Assembly: GCA_950097015.1 (NCBI GenBank)
Contig: CATNEN010000037.1
Location: 124,001 to 188,000, forward strand
DNA length: 64,000 bases
Origin: Macrostomum hystrix
Lineage: Eukaryota; Animalia; Platyhelminthes
Direction: 5' to 3'
Under the pieces are notes generated by a model, which saw only the letters and a list, made by a program, of their open reading frames with translations, was not told where the DNA came from and made no database searches. The translations under genes and the position numbers were made by a program. Below are positions 34,304 through 45,200 of the stretch, piece after piece. How positions within the stretch are numbered: position 1 is the stretch's first letter; every line of letters starts with the position of its first letter.

Positions 34304-37300
34304 ATGAGTCGCATAATTAGAAATTCAGTTTCTACGAGCTATTCACGGCCCGGATCGAATATGCTGCGCACATCGGTGCTAGAGCAGCTTCCAGGCCTGG
34401 CAGTGATGGAGGTCCGAGCTAAACTGCAGACTGCCGATTTGGTTAGCCGATCCGAGATCACACACAAGCTGGTCACATTGTGCTGGGGCTGCCAACAGAT
34501 TAGCTGCCACGCCTGCTGCACTGCACAGTGCATGACCTGCCCGAGATTATCCGGACAGCACACAAACTTCCTGCGGCGGTGAGAGCTGCTCCCGCTGGTT
34601 TCAGTTGCTCACCCGAATCCTTTAATAATCATAATGATACCTCCGGGAAATGGCACATTATTTGGTGACCGCCAGACAGCGAGGCAATTCTACACATTCC
34701 ACTGACTCCTGAGCACTGACTCACACAGTTGTGTACATCAGCCCTGAATTTCTCATAGTCTCACTGTGCCTTGGAGGTTGGCCCTCAACGGCGGAAATGG
34801 CGTGACAAGCACCCAAGCCATCTCTCTGCGGCTGCGCCCCAAATTATTGTGACCTCGCCGCGAAATCGAGCTCCAAATCCTCTATTCCCCATCCAAATCC
34901 TCTATTCCCCATCCAAATCCTCTATTCCCCATCCAAATCCTCTATTCCCCATCCAAATCCTCTATTCCCCATCCAAATCCTCTATTCCCCATCCAAATCC
35001 TCTATTCCCCATCCAAATCCTCTATTCCCCATCCAAATCCTCTATTCCCCATCCAAATCCTCTATTCCCCATCCAAATCCTCTATTCCCCATCCAAATCC
35101 TCTATTCCCCATCCAAATCCTCTATTCCCCATCCAAATCCTCTATTCCCCATCCAAATCCTCTACTCCCCATCCAAATCCTCTATTTCCCATCCAAATCC
35201 TCTATTCCCCATCCAAATCCTCTATTCACATCCAAATCCTCTATTCCCCATCCGAATCCTCTATTCCCCATCCAAATCCTCTATTCCCTATCCAAATCCT
35301 CTATTCCCCATCCAAATCCTCTATTCCCCATCCAAATCCTCTATTCCCCATCCAAATCCTCTATTCCCCATCCAAATCCTCTATTCCCCATCCAAATCCT
35401 CCATTCCCCCATCCGTAATTCCCCCCATCCAAATCCTCACATCCCCATGCATCACACCTTGAAGCCTCCAGTCGAGTTCTCACTTGCCCGCAGGTCGTGG
35501 GCCGTGCAGTTGGCTGATCTGCCGGTCAAGAGCCCGCCGTTGGAACTGGCCCCGGAGTGCCCCACCTGCCGCCGGCTGATGTGCGTCTTGTGCGACCTGG
35601 GCATCTGCCCCGGCTGCCTGTCTCAGCCAAAGAACCTTCAGTCGGCGTCCAGGTGCGTCACACTGAAGTTGGCGACGATTGATTGAATGGAAATGGAGTG
35701 ACAGAGTGAATGAGTGAGTGAAAGACTCTCTCAGTGAGTTGGTCAGAGTAAGAGATAGACGGACCGTGAGAGAGTGACAGACTGGGAGAGAGTAACAGAC
35801 TGCGAGAGAGTGACAGACTGGGTAGAGAGTAACAGACTGCGAGAGAGTGACAGACTGGATGGAGAGTTACAGACTGGATGGAGAGGGACAGCCTGGATGG
35901 AGAGTGACAGACTGGATGGAGAGTGACAGACTGGATGGAGAGTGACAGACTGGATGGAGAGTGACAGACTGGATGGAGAGTGACAGACTGGATGGAGAGT
36001 GACAGACTGGATGGAGAGTGACAGACTGGATGGAGAGTGACAGACTGGATGGAGAGTGACAGACTGGATGGAGAGTGACAGACTGGATGGAGAGTGGCAG
36101 ACTGGATGGGGAGTGACAAACTGGATGGAGAGTGACAGACTGGATGGAGAGTGACAGACTGGATGGAGAGTGACAGACTGAACCCCTTGACCGTGCAGAG
36201 AGACACCCAGCGACTGTCCGTCGTGCGGGCGCCGCCTCTGCTCCGGGTGCGGCCGCTGCGACTGCCGCCGCTGTCAGCCTGAGCTGTGCCGCGCCTGCTC
36301 CCGAGTCAAGCCCCGCCTCTGCGCCTATTAACTGCTGCGGAGCGGCTCTGACGCAGCGCATTGTCAAACTGCCGCTAGACGACGATGGGAAAGTGGACAA
36401 GGCTGCGACTAGGCAGTGGAAGTTGGGAGTAAGTTTTTCTGACCTGGTAGGGAAATTGTTTGAATGGATTAAGAAACGCCGAATAGCTATTCCGCATTAG
36501 GATTTTTATCACGATGTGAGTTGTCGGGGTCGATTGATTGACTTCAACGAGTAGTAATTCCATAATGTATATTTTTATAGAAGCTTTCTTCCAGGATGAT
36601 ATATGGACAATGTGTTGAGCAACATGGCGCACTTTTCAACACATTTTTTTTCATTATGAGATTTTGAGGATCATAATAATAATATTTTCAGGAGGGCTGC
36701 GGGCAATGGAACATCATTTGGTGACACTAGACCCGCAGCCAGCGAGGTGGCAATTCTGCCCATTCCGCTGACTCCTGAGCACACACGCACACAGATACCG
36801 TACGCAGGCACACACTCACACAGGTGTGTACATCTGCCCTGACATTCTCACCGTCAGGCAGTGTACACTTTCACTGTGCCTTGGAGGTTGGCCCCCAAGT
36901 GCGGAAATTTCACGACAAGCCCCCAAGCCTTCTCTCCGCGGCTGCGCCCCAAATAAATGTGGCCTCGCCGCAAAATCGAGCTCAGGGACCTTGGTGCGAG
37001 AGACAAAGGAGCCACTCTGCCACTCACTCCAACTGATTTTTGAGATTACGTATTAAATTAGTCAACAATTAATGAGGTGAAATAGGGATTGGGGATTTCA
37101 ATTAGATTGGTTGGATTCAGCTATCAGTGAAATTTAGCGCGCAAACTAAAAATCCACCAGAAGGCCACCCGCTGTCCTGCCTGCGATCGATACTGCAGCG
37201 CTAGTCTCATCAGCAGTGTATTCTGCTGCCATCAGAGCTGGAAGCCAAAGGCCAACTGCCAGCACGGCGTCACTACCAAGCAGGGCCGATTGGAACTGAT

Positions 37301-37421
37301 GGGCTGCAGCTCCGGCGATGAAAGCTGCGACACTGAGCCAACCACAGAGCTGAACGGCTTCAATGAGCTCATCCCCGTCCACTGCCGCATCTTAGCCGAC
37401 AATTGCAGGAAGGACTTCTGA
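34304..37421 (+). CDS. Uncharacterised Cys-rich protein with repeated CxxC-x4-CxxC-x4-CxxC modules; exons 34304-34578, 35494-35652, 36199-36331 (or to 36428), 37161-37421
   Basis: Canonical GT-AG joins (phase 2, phase 2) give a 188-aa ORF with three CxxC clusters. A further donor at 36429 and acceptor at 37160 link, in phase 0, to a fourth Cys-rich exon in another frame. Confidence 0.62.
34622..34873 (-). mobile_element. SINE family B, head-truncated copy in intron 1 of the Cys-rich gene
   Basis: Matches the B body up to AAATCGAGCTC (B-box region), where the 20-bp array begins. Confidence 0.78.
34874..35440. repeat. 20-bp minisatellite (ATCCAAATCCTCTATTCCCC), ~28 copies
   Basis: Exact 20-bp periodicity. 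Confidence 0.96.
35765..36180. repeat. 19-bp minisatellite (GACTGGATGGAGAGTGACA), ~21 copies, intron 2 of the Cys-rich gene
   Basis: Tandem copies ending ~18 nt before the acceptor. Confidence 0.95.
36672..37030 (-). mobile_element. SINE family B copy (intron 3 of the Cys-rich gene)
   Basis: Collinear with 13898-14260 including the (ATT)n tail. Confidence 0.87.
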
Positions 37422-37459
37422 CCAATCAGAGGCGAGGAAGGCGGACTGCGGCCCTCTTT

Positions 37460-37790
37460 GGGAGAGAATGGAAAGTGGGATCATGGGAGAGAATGGGAAG
37501 TGGGATCATGGGAGAGAATGGGAAGTGGGATCATGGGAGAGAATGGGAAGTGGGGTCATGGGAGAGAATGGAAAGTGGGATCATGGGAGAGAATGGGAAG
37601 TGGTATCATGTGAGAGAATGGAAAGTGGGATCATGGGAGAGAATGGGAAGTGGTATCATGTGAGAGAATGGAAAGTGGGATCATGGGAGAGAATGGGAAG
37701 TGGGATCATGGGAGAGAATGGAAAGTGGGATCATGAGAGAGAATGGGAAGTGGGATCATGGGAGAGAATGGAAAGTGGGATCATGGGAGG
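37460..37790. repeat. 25-bp G-rich minisatellite (GGGAGAGAATGGGAAGTGGGATCAT), ~13 copies
   Basis: Tandem copies; GGG runs spaced 4-7 nt apart. Confidence 0.94.
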
Positions 37791-38331
37791 GAATGGGTTT
37801 AATTTTTATAGTCTGTTTTAGATAGCTGCAGCTCCAGATACAATTACGAGTTAGTTAGTGTTTGATAACTTTAAGTAGCATAGCAAGAGTTTTCACTGTC
37901 TTACACATTATTAGTTTATGTACTAGTAAGTTAACTGTAAATAGGTGTTTTGCATTCATTCGCAAGTTCTTGTGTAAGTAAAAATATAAGTACAGGCGCT
38001 TATCTACATTATTAACGAAAAAATTTTAAATGAGGAAATCTTTTTTTCAATTCATCGATCGGCGTGCAGAGAGTACAGAAGTATGGCTTGTAATAGACTA
38101 AGGCATGTGTTTACAGGTACCGAATAGACAAAATGTGTAATCGAAGCATAAAATACAATATATTTTTCTCGTTAAAAATATAAAAAATTTAGCATTTAAA
38201 TGCAAAATATCGGAATTTCGAATCGTTCGAAGCGTAGCTACTGTCAGTAGTCAGTTCGCATAAAATTGCTACTGTCTGCATGCCTGCTAACTGTGCTCAA
38301 GCACTGTGCTCAACTGTGCTCAGTTCGAGTG

Positions 38332-39278
38332 TCAGTAGAGCGTTAAAGCACCGTTACGATTCGAGCGCACGGCGAGCAGCACAGCTAGCAGAGTTGCTAT
38401 GGCAACCAGAGAGCCAACAACTACCAGAACGGCAATTAGGCGGCCCCTGCGCAGTCGGCCAGCCAGCTGATAGTCGATCACCACGGCTGATTCGACTGCA
38501 TCGGCGGCCGCTTCGCAATACTCGCATGCTGCCTCGACAGCGTTGCGAACCTCGGCCAGAGTCGTTGCGTCCGCCGACAACAGGGCGTTAATCGACAGCA
38601 CGAGGGTTAGCAGCTCGGACAGGCGCTCGGACAAAGCGGCCGCAGCGTCATCGCCAGTTTCTGCGTTGCTCGTGGCGCCGCTGTCAGCCTGCCGACAGAG
38701 CAGGAGCCCGGCGAAACGGCGCTGCAGCCGAGCCAGGCGACGCTCCGCCGCGTCCGCATGCAATCGTCGGATTCGTGCCAGGGTCGGCGAAGTCGACTGC
38801 TCCTCGCAGCCAGCCGAGAAGCTCGCCAACATGGAGCGGAGAGCGGACAGGCGGGCGGCGAAGGCCAGACCGATGCCCGCAGGTGAATTGTCGACGGTGG
38901 CGTCGGCGACGCGAAGAGCCGCCTCCAGAGCGTCGAGCTGCGAGTTCAATTCGGCGGCGGCGGACAGCAAGCGACGCGCCGCTGAGTCGGCCATGTCAAT
39001 TGACAGACTCGACGAGGATCCGGCGGCGCCAGATTCAATGTCAGCCGAGTCGGCGAGCTGCACGGGCTGCCAGGCGCGCCCCGGCTGCCACCAGGGCCGC
39101 TGGGATCTGAACTGGACGCGGGTGACACGCGCTTCCGCCCCCGCTTCGTCGCCGGCGTCATCATCCGGACAGTCGTCTGCGGACTTCTGGCTGGCAATGT
39201 CGACCGAGGCGGGGGCGCGAGTCAGCAGCCGCTCGTGAGCCGCACTGGCCTCTCTAAGCTCTAGAATTCTATCGCGAA
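38332..39278 (-). CDS. Divergent syntaxin (Qa-SNARE-like), start codon not located
   Basis: The frame stays open upstream of the listed GTG to VRDRILELRE (syntaxin N-peptide M.DR..EL). It continues through a helical Habc-like region, SNARE heptads LSERLSELLTLVLSINALLSADATTLAEVRNAVEAACEYCEAA, a basic stretch RLRRGR and a C-terminal TM helix. TAG acceptor at 39279-39281. Confidence 0.72.
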
Positions 39279-39849
39279 CTATTTTGTTGGATTAACCCTG
39301 CGGGATTATCTGACATTCGCTGCGCCTGAGAGGGAGTGCAGCCATGCTGCTGCTGCTGTTGCTTTTGCTCCAGCAAGAGAAGAAAGAAACCTATACATGA
39401 GAAAGAAACTCTTATCTGCACACAGATAACGACGGGACTACATTTGTAATTGTACAGAGCCATGAGCACAGTGCTCAGTTAGAGTGTGCGAGTCAGGCCG
39501 AAGGTTGCTGAACTTAAACAGTTTTTTTAACTTGCTTGGTACACTAGAATACAAGCTGATTCGCATAACTGCACAAAACATTCAAGACGTCATTCTATCT
39601 GATATAACCAGCAAAAACTGTGATTCACTCGCAGGAAATCGCGTGGGTGTGGTTTACAATCTGCCATTCTTCTTAAAACAGATGCCAAATGTCATGCAAG
39701 GTGAAATCTTTACTTTTGCTGCACCCAAATGAACATATAGATACACCATACCTCAGTACTTATATCGGTACTATTCCCGTTCCCAAACCCATTCACAGCA
39801 ACTGAATCGGTACTAATCCCATCCACAATACAATTCACAGGACATCGAT

Positions 39850-41298
39850 CGGTACTGATCCCATTCCCAATATTCAATCGGTACTGATCCCATTCCCAGT
39901 ATTCAATCGGTACTGATCCCATTCCCAGTATTCAATCGGTACTGATCCCATTCCCAGAATTCAATCGGTACTGATCCCATTCCCAGTATTCAATCGGTAC
40001 TGATCCCATTCCCAGTATTCAATCGGTATTGATCCCATTCCCAGTATTCAATCGGTACTGATCCCATTCCCAGAATTCAATCGGTACTGATCCCATTCCC
40101 AGTATTCAATCGGTAGTGATCCCATTCCCAGAATTCAATCGGTACTGATCCCATTCCCAGTATTCAATCGGTAGTGATCCCATTCCCAGTAATTCAATCG
40201 GTACTGATCCCATTCCCAGTATTCAATCGGTACTGATCCCATTCCCAGTATTCAATCGGTACTTGATCCCATTCCCAGTATTCAATCGGTACTGATCCCA
40301 TTCCCAGTATTCAATCGGTACTGATCCCATTCCCAGTATTCAATCGGTATTGATCCCATTCCCAGTATTCAATCGGTATTGATCCCATTCCCAGAATTCA
40401 ATCGGTACTGATCCCATTCCCAGAATTCAATCGGTACTGATCCCATTCCCAGTATTCAATCGGTACTGATCCCATTCCCTGTATTCAATCGGTACTGATC
40501 CCATTCCCAGTATTCAATCGGTATTGATCCCATTCCCAGAATTCAATCGGTACTGATCCCATTCACAATAAAATTCACAGGACATCGATCGGTACTGATC
40601 CCATTCCCAGTATTCAATCGGTACTGATCCCATTCCCAGTATTCAATCGGTACTGATCCCATTCCCAGTATTCAATCGGTACTGATCCCATTCCCAGTAT
40701 TCAATCGGTACTGATCCCATTCCCAGTATTCAATCGGTACTGATCCCATTCCCAGTATTCAATCGGTACTGATCCCATTCCCAGTATTCAATCGGTAGTG
40801 ATCCCATTCCCAGAATTCAATCGGTACTGATCCCATTCCCAGTATTCAATCGGTACTGATCCCATTCCCAGTATTCAATCGGTACTGATCCCATTCCCAG
40901 TATTCAATCGGTACTGATCCCATTCCCAGTATTCAATCGGTACTGATCCCATTCCCAGTATTCAATCGGTACTGATCCCATTCCCAGTATTCAATCGGTA
41001 CTGATCCCATTCCCAGTATTCAATCGGTACTGATCCCATTCCCTAGTAATTCAATCGGTACTGATCCCATTCCCAGTATTCAATCGGTACTGATCCCATT
41101 CCCTGTATTCAATCGGTACTGATCCCATTCCCAGTATTCAATCGGTAATGATCCCATTCCCAGTATTCAATCGGTACTGATCCCATTCCCAGTATTCAAT
41201 CGGTAATGATCCCATTCCCAGTATTCAATCGGTACTGATCCCATTCCCAGTATTCAATCGGTACTGATCCCATTCCCAGTATTCAATCGGTACTGATC
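39850..41298. repeat. 29-bp minisatellite (TCGGTACTGATCCCATTCCCAGTATTCAA), ~49 copies
   Basis: Tandem copies with one internal interruption at ~40561-40590. Confidence 0.97.
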
Positions 41299-41771
41299 CT
41301 ATCATCCACTAGTTTAACTAGGAGAAAATAAATAACTGGATAACAAATTAAAAGAACATTTTAGCATGCGAGTACTTTACATAAAACAGGAGCTCGAGCA
41401 ACTATGGCCCTAATTTACATATGTACATATATATTTGCACTTGCAACGAACAGTAAAGTTACAGACAATGCGCAAAATGTATTCATAATAAACATTTTTG
41501 TTAAAAAAAAGTAGGTAGCTTACAAGAGTAGGTCTTATTATTCTCAGATTCAAACTTAGAGCGATAATAGACCAAAACAGGTCTTTTCACAGAAAAATGT
41601 AGCAAAAAACAATTCCACCTGATAACTTAGGTGAAAATGTTACTGAGCACTAGGAAATGCATCCTGGAAAGCGGATTTAAAAACCTGACTTAAGCGCAGA
41701 GTTTTCGAAATTCGATTTAATAGTACTTTAATGCGTACTTATCTACTTTAAGTAGACTTCTTGTGTGTTTC

Positions 41772-42190
41772 AGGGCTTCAATATTCAGGGCGCCAATACA
41801 AAACCCTCCGTATCTTCAGGGCGCCAATACAAGAACCCTCCGTATCTTCAGGGCGCCAATACAAGAACCCTCCGTATCTTCAGGGCGCCAATACAAGAAC
41901 CCTCCGTATCTTCAGGGCGCCAATACAAGAACCCTCCGTATCTTCAGGGTGCCAATACAAGAACCCTCCGTATCTTCAGGGCGCCAATACAAGAACCCTC
42001 CGTATCTTCAGGGTGCCAATACCAGAACCCTCCGTATCTTCAGGGCGCCAATACCAGAACCCTCCGTATCTTCAGGGCGCCAATACAAGAACCCTCCGTA
42101 TCTTCAGGGTGCCAATACCAGAACCCTCCGTATCTTCAGGGCGCCAATACAAGAACCCTCCGTATCTTCAGGACGCCTATACAAGAACTC
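41772..42190. repeat. 32-bp minisatellite (GGGCGCCAATACAAGAACCCTCCGTATCTTCA), ~13 copies, just 3' of the TONSL stop
   Basis: Tandem copies. Confidence 0.95.
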
Positions 42191-42248
42191 TCATGGATTC
42201 AGTTGTCAAATCTTTCAAATCAGTTGCTAAGCTAATAATCACAATAGT

Positions 42249-45200
42249 TCAGGACACAAGCAGTGTTGACATCAGTGCAGCAGCGGCGGTGAAGTCAGCG
42301 GTAGCTAGGCCGTTGTCGCGCAGGTCCAGCACCCGCAGGCTGCTGCCAGCCCTCTTCAGCAGGCGACACAAGCAGGCGACGAGGCCGCTGCTACACGATG
42401 CCGCAGCGGACAAGGGCGCCGCTGCGTTGCTATACTTAGTTGCCAAGGCAACGCGACAACGCCGCAGCCTGAGCGTATCCAATCGGCGATAATCTATAAC
42501 GCAGTCAACAATGGTGGACACGCCGTTCTCGCTAAAATAGTTGCCATCCAGATCCAGCAGGCTCAAACTGTTGGATGCGAGCAGGCCAGGCCGGCAGAAC
42601 CGGTCGGTCAGTCGGCACTCTCTCAGCAGCAGCCAGTCCATGCGAGCGGAGCCCGATAGCAGGCGGCTAATGTGCATGCCGCTCGGATCGCCCAGCGGAT
42701 TATCGGACAGGTCCAAAACACGCAGAGCGGGCAGGCTGGACAGGTCGGACAGGGTGGCCGAGGTCAGCTGATTGCCCGACAGGTTCAGGTCGGTGAGGCT
42801 GGGTGAGCAGGCTGAGAGCAATGCGGCCAGAGCAGAGGCGGGCAGGTCGGTGAGTCGATTGCCGGACAGGTCCAGCCGGGTGAGCTGGCTAGGCCGGCAC
42901 ATCAGCAGCGGCAGGGCGCAGTCGGGGCCGAGGTTGAAGTCGGCGGCGGTCAGGCAGCCGGTTGTGTGCGCGTCGCGAAGGCATCTGGCAATGCGCGGAT
43001 CGTCGCAGTCGGGACTGCAGGAAACTGCGGCCTGAGCAGCTCCCGTGAGCAGCAGGGTGGAGTTGAGCAGAGGCGGGCCGGGCGGCTCGTGCTCGCCACT
43101 GTTGGAGTCGAATCTGACACCGCCGGCTGCCAGAACTACGAAGCCATCCGGCTGTGGAGGAGGCGGCGGTGGCTGGCTGCCGACAACAACGGAGCGATTA
43201 AACACAGGACTGTGCGAACTCGCCCCGGAATAATTTCCATTGTTGATATCGACATCGTTGTCATCGTCAAGGATTCGCATCGCTCGCCGACTGTTGCTGC
43301 CGCCGCTGACGCCGCCTGTCTGAAGTTGGAGGCGCGGCCGTTTAGCCGGACCGGCGATTTCGTCATCGTCAGGTGCGGAGTTTTTAGAGACGTTTCGGTT
43401 GCCAATAGCAACGGCAGCTACGGGAGGCGCCAGGTTCTCATCGTCACTGCTGCTGCTACTGTTGCCGCTTCTGTCAATGTCGGATTTATCTGAAGCGTAC
43501 GGACTTTCCACCTCCTGAGGCGCCAGCTTTGGAGCTAACCGCTGATCGCGAACCGCACTGCGCCTCATCTGAAAAGAAAAATGATGGGACTTGGATAGAT
43601 ACCACATTATCAGCTGTGATGCACTCGCTGCACTAGGGGTCCACTCTAACTCAGACTGCACCGCAGCACCACCTCATGGACGAACCCATAGACTACTATT
43701 GAAATATACACAATACTACACAAAAATTAAATTCTAGTCCAAAAAGGACTCTTCCACTCTACCCAATAGACTCCACTCTACCCCAAAGACTACTCTTCCA
43801 CTCTACCCCATAGACTACTCTTCCACTCTACTCCATATACTACTCTTCCACTCTACCCCAAAGACTACTCTTCCACTCTACCCCAAAGACTACTCTTCCA
43901 CTCTACCCCAAAGACTACTCTTCCACTCTACCCCATAGACTACTCTTCCACTCTACCCCAAAGACTACTCTTCCACTCTACCCCATAGACTACTCTTCCA
44001 CTCTACTCCATATACTACTCTTCCACTCTACCCCAAAGACTACTCTTCCACTCTACCCCAAAGACTACTCTTCCACTCTACTCCATATACTACTCTTCCA
44101 CTCTACCCCAAAGACTACTCTTCCACTCTACCCCAAAGACTACTCTTCCACTCTACCCCAAAGACTACTCTTCCACTCTACCCCATAGACTACTCTTCCA
44201 CTCTACTCCATAGACTACTCTTCCACTCTACTCCATATACTACTCTTCCACTCTACCCCATATACTACTCTTCCATTCTACACCATATACTACTCTTCCA
44301 CTCTACCCCATAGACTACTCTTCCACTCTACCCCATAGACTACTCTTCCACTCTACTCCATATACTACTCTTCCACTCTACCCCATATACTACTCTTCCA
44401 CTCTACCCATAGACTACTCTTCCACTCTACTCCATATACTACTCTTCCACTCTACCCCAAATACTTCTCTTCCACTCTACTCCATATACTACTCTTCCAC
44501 TCTACCCATAGACTACTCTTCCACTCTACTCCATATACTACTCTTCCACTCTACCCCAAATACTTCTCTTCCACTCTGCCCCATATACTACTCTTCCACT
44601 CTACCCATAGACTACTCTTCCACTCTACTCCATATACTACTCTTCCACTCTACCCCATATACTACTCTTCCACTCTACCCCAAAGACTACTCTTCCACTC
44701 TACCCCATATACTACTCTTCCACTCTACTCCATATACTACTCTTCCACTCTACCCCATATACTACTCTTCCACTCTACTCCATATACTACTCTTCCACTC
44801 TACCTCATAGACTACTCTTCCATTCTACCCTGCTAGTCGATTTGATGCACAGACCTGGCGCATTGTGGCCTTATAACTCTCCACCCCAGCCGCTCGCTTG
44901 TCCTTGTCTTCATCGTCGTCCAAGTCGCCGCCACGGCTTCGACCGCTTCCGCCAGCTTGGCCTTTGGCAGCATCGCGCAGACGGCTCCTTGCCTCAGCGG
45001 CCTGATGCTGACGCTCAAGTCTTTGAAATTCGTCATCGCTGAGTTTCTCAGATAGCCAGTGCTTGAATCTAGACGCTGTCAGGCTGGCAGAGAGCTGGCC
45101 ATCAGCAACGCAACCCTGGCGCCAGGCCTCTGCCAGGCTAAGCAGATTGTCGCCGTAGGAATCTCGCCTAGCCGGATTGGCGCCCATCTCAATTAGCCAT

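Noticed and set aside
37146-37382. Minus-strand 78-aa hydrophobic ORF
   Set aside because: It is the antisense shadow of the plus-strand Cys-rich exon 37161-37421, which has a proper acceptor and phase match.
38543-39238. 231-aa plus-strand ORF and other GC-rich shadow ORFs (e.g. 42966-43493, 46532-46966, 11742-12242)
   Set aside because: They are antisense or alternative frames of identified exons and have no family motifs.
41761-42492. 243-aa ORF and neighbours
   Set aside because: Translation of the 32-bp array running into the antisense strand of the TONSL last exon.
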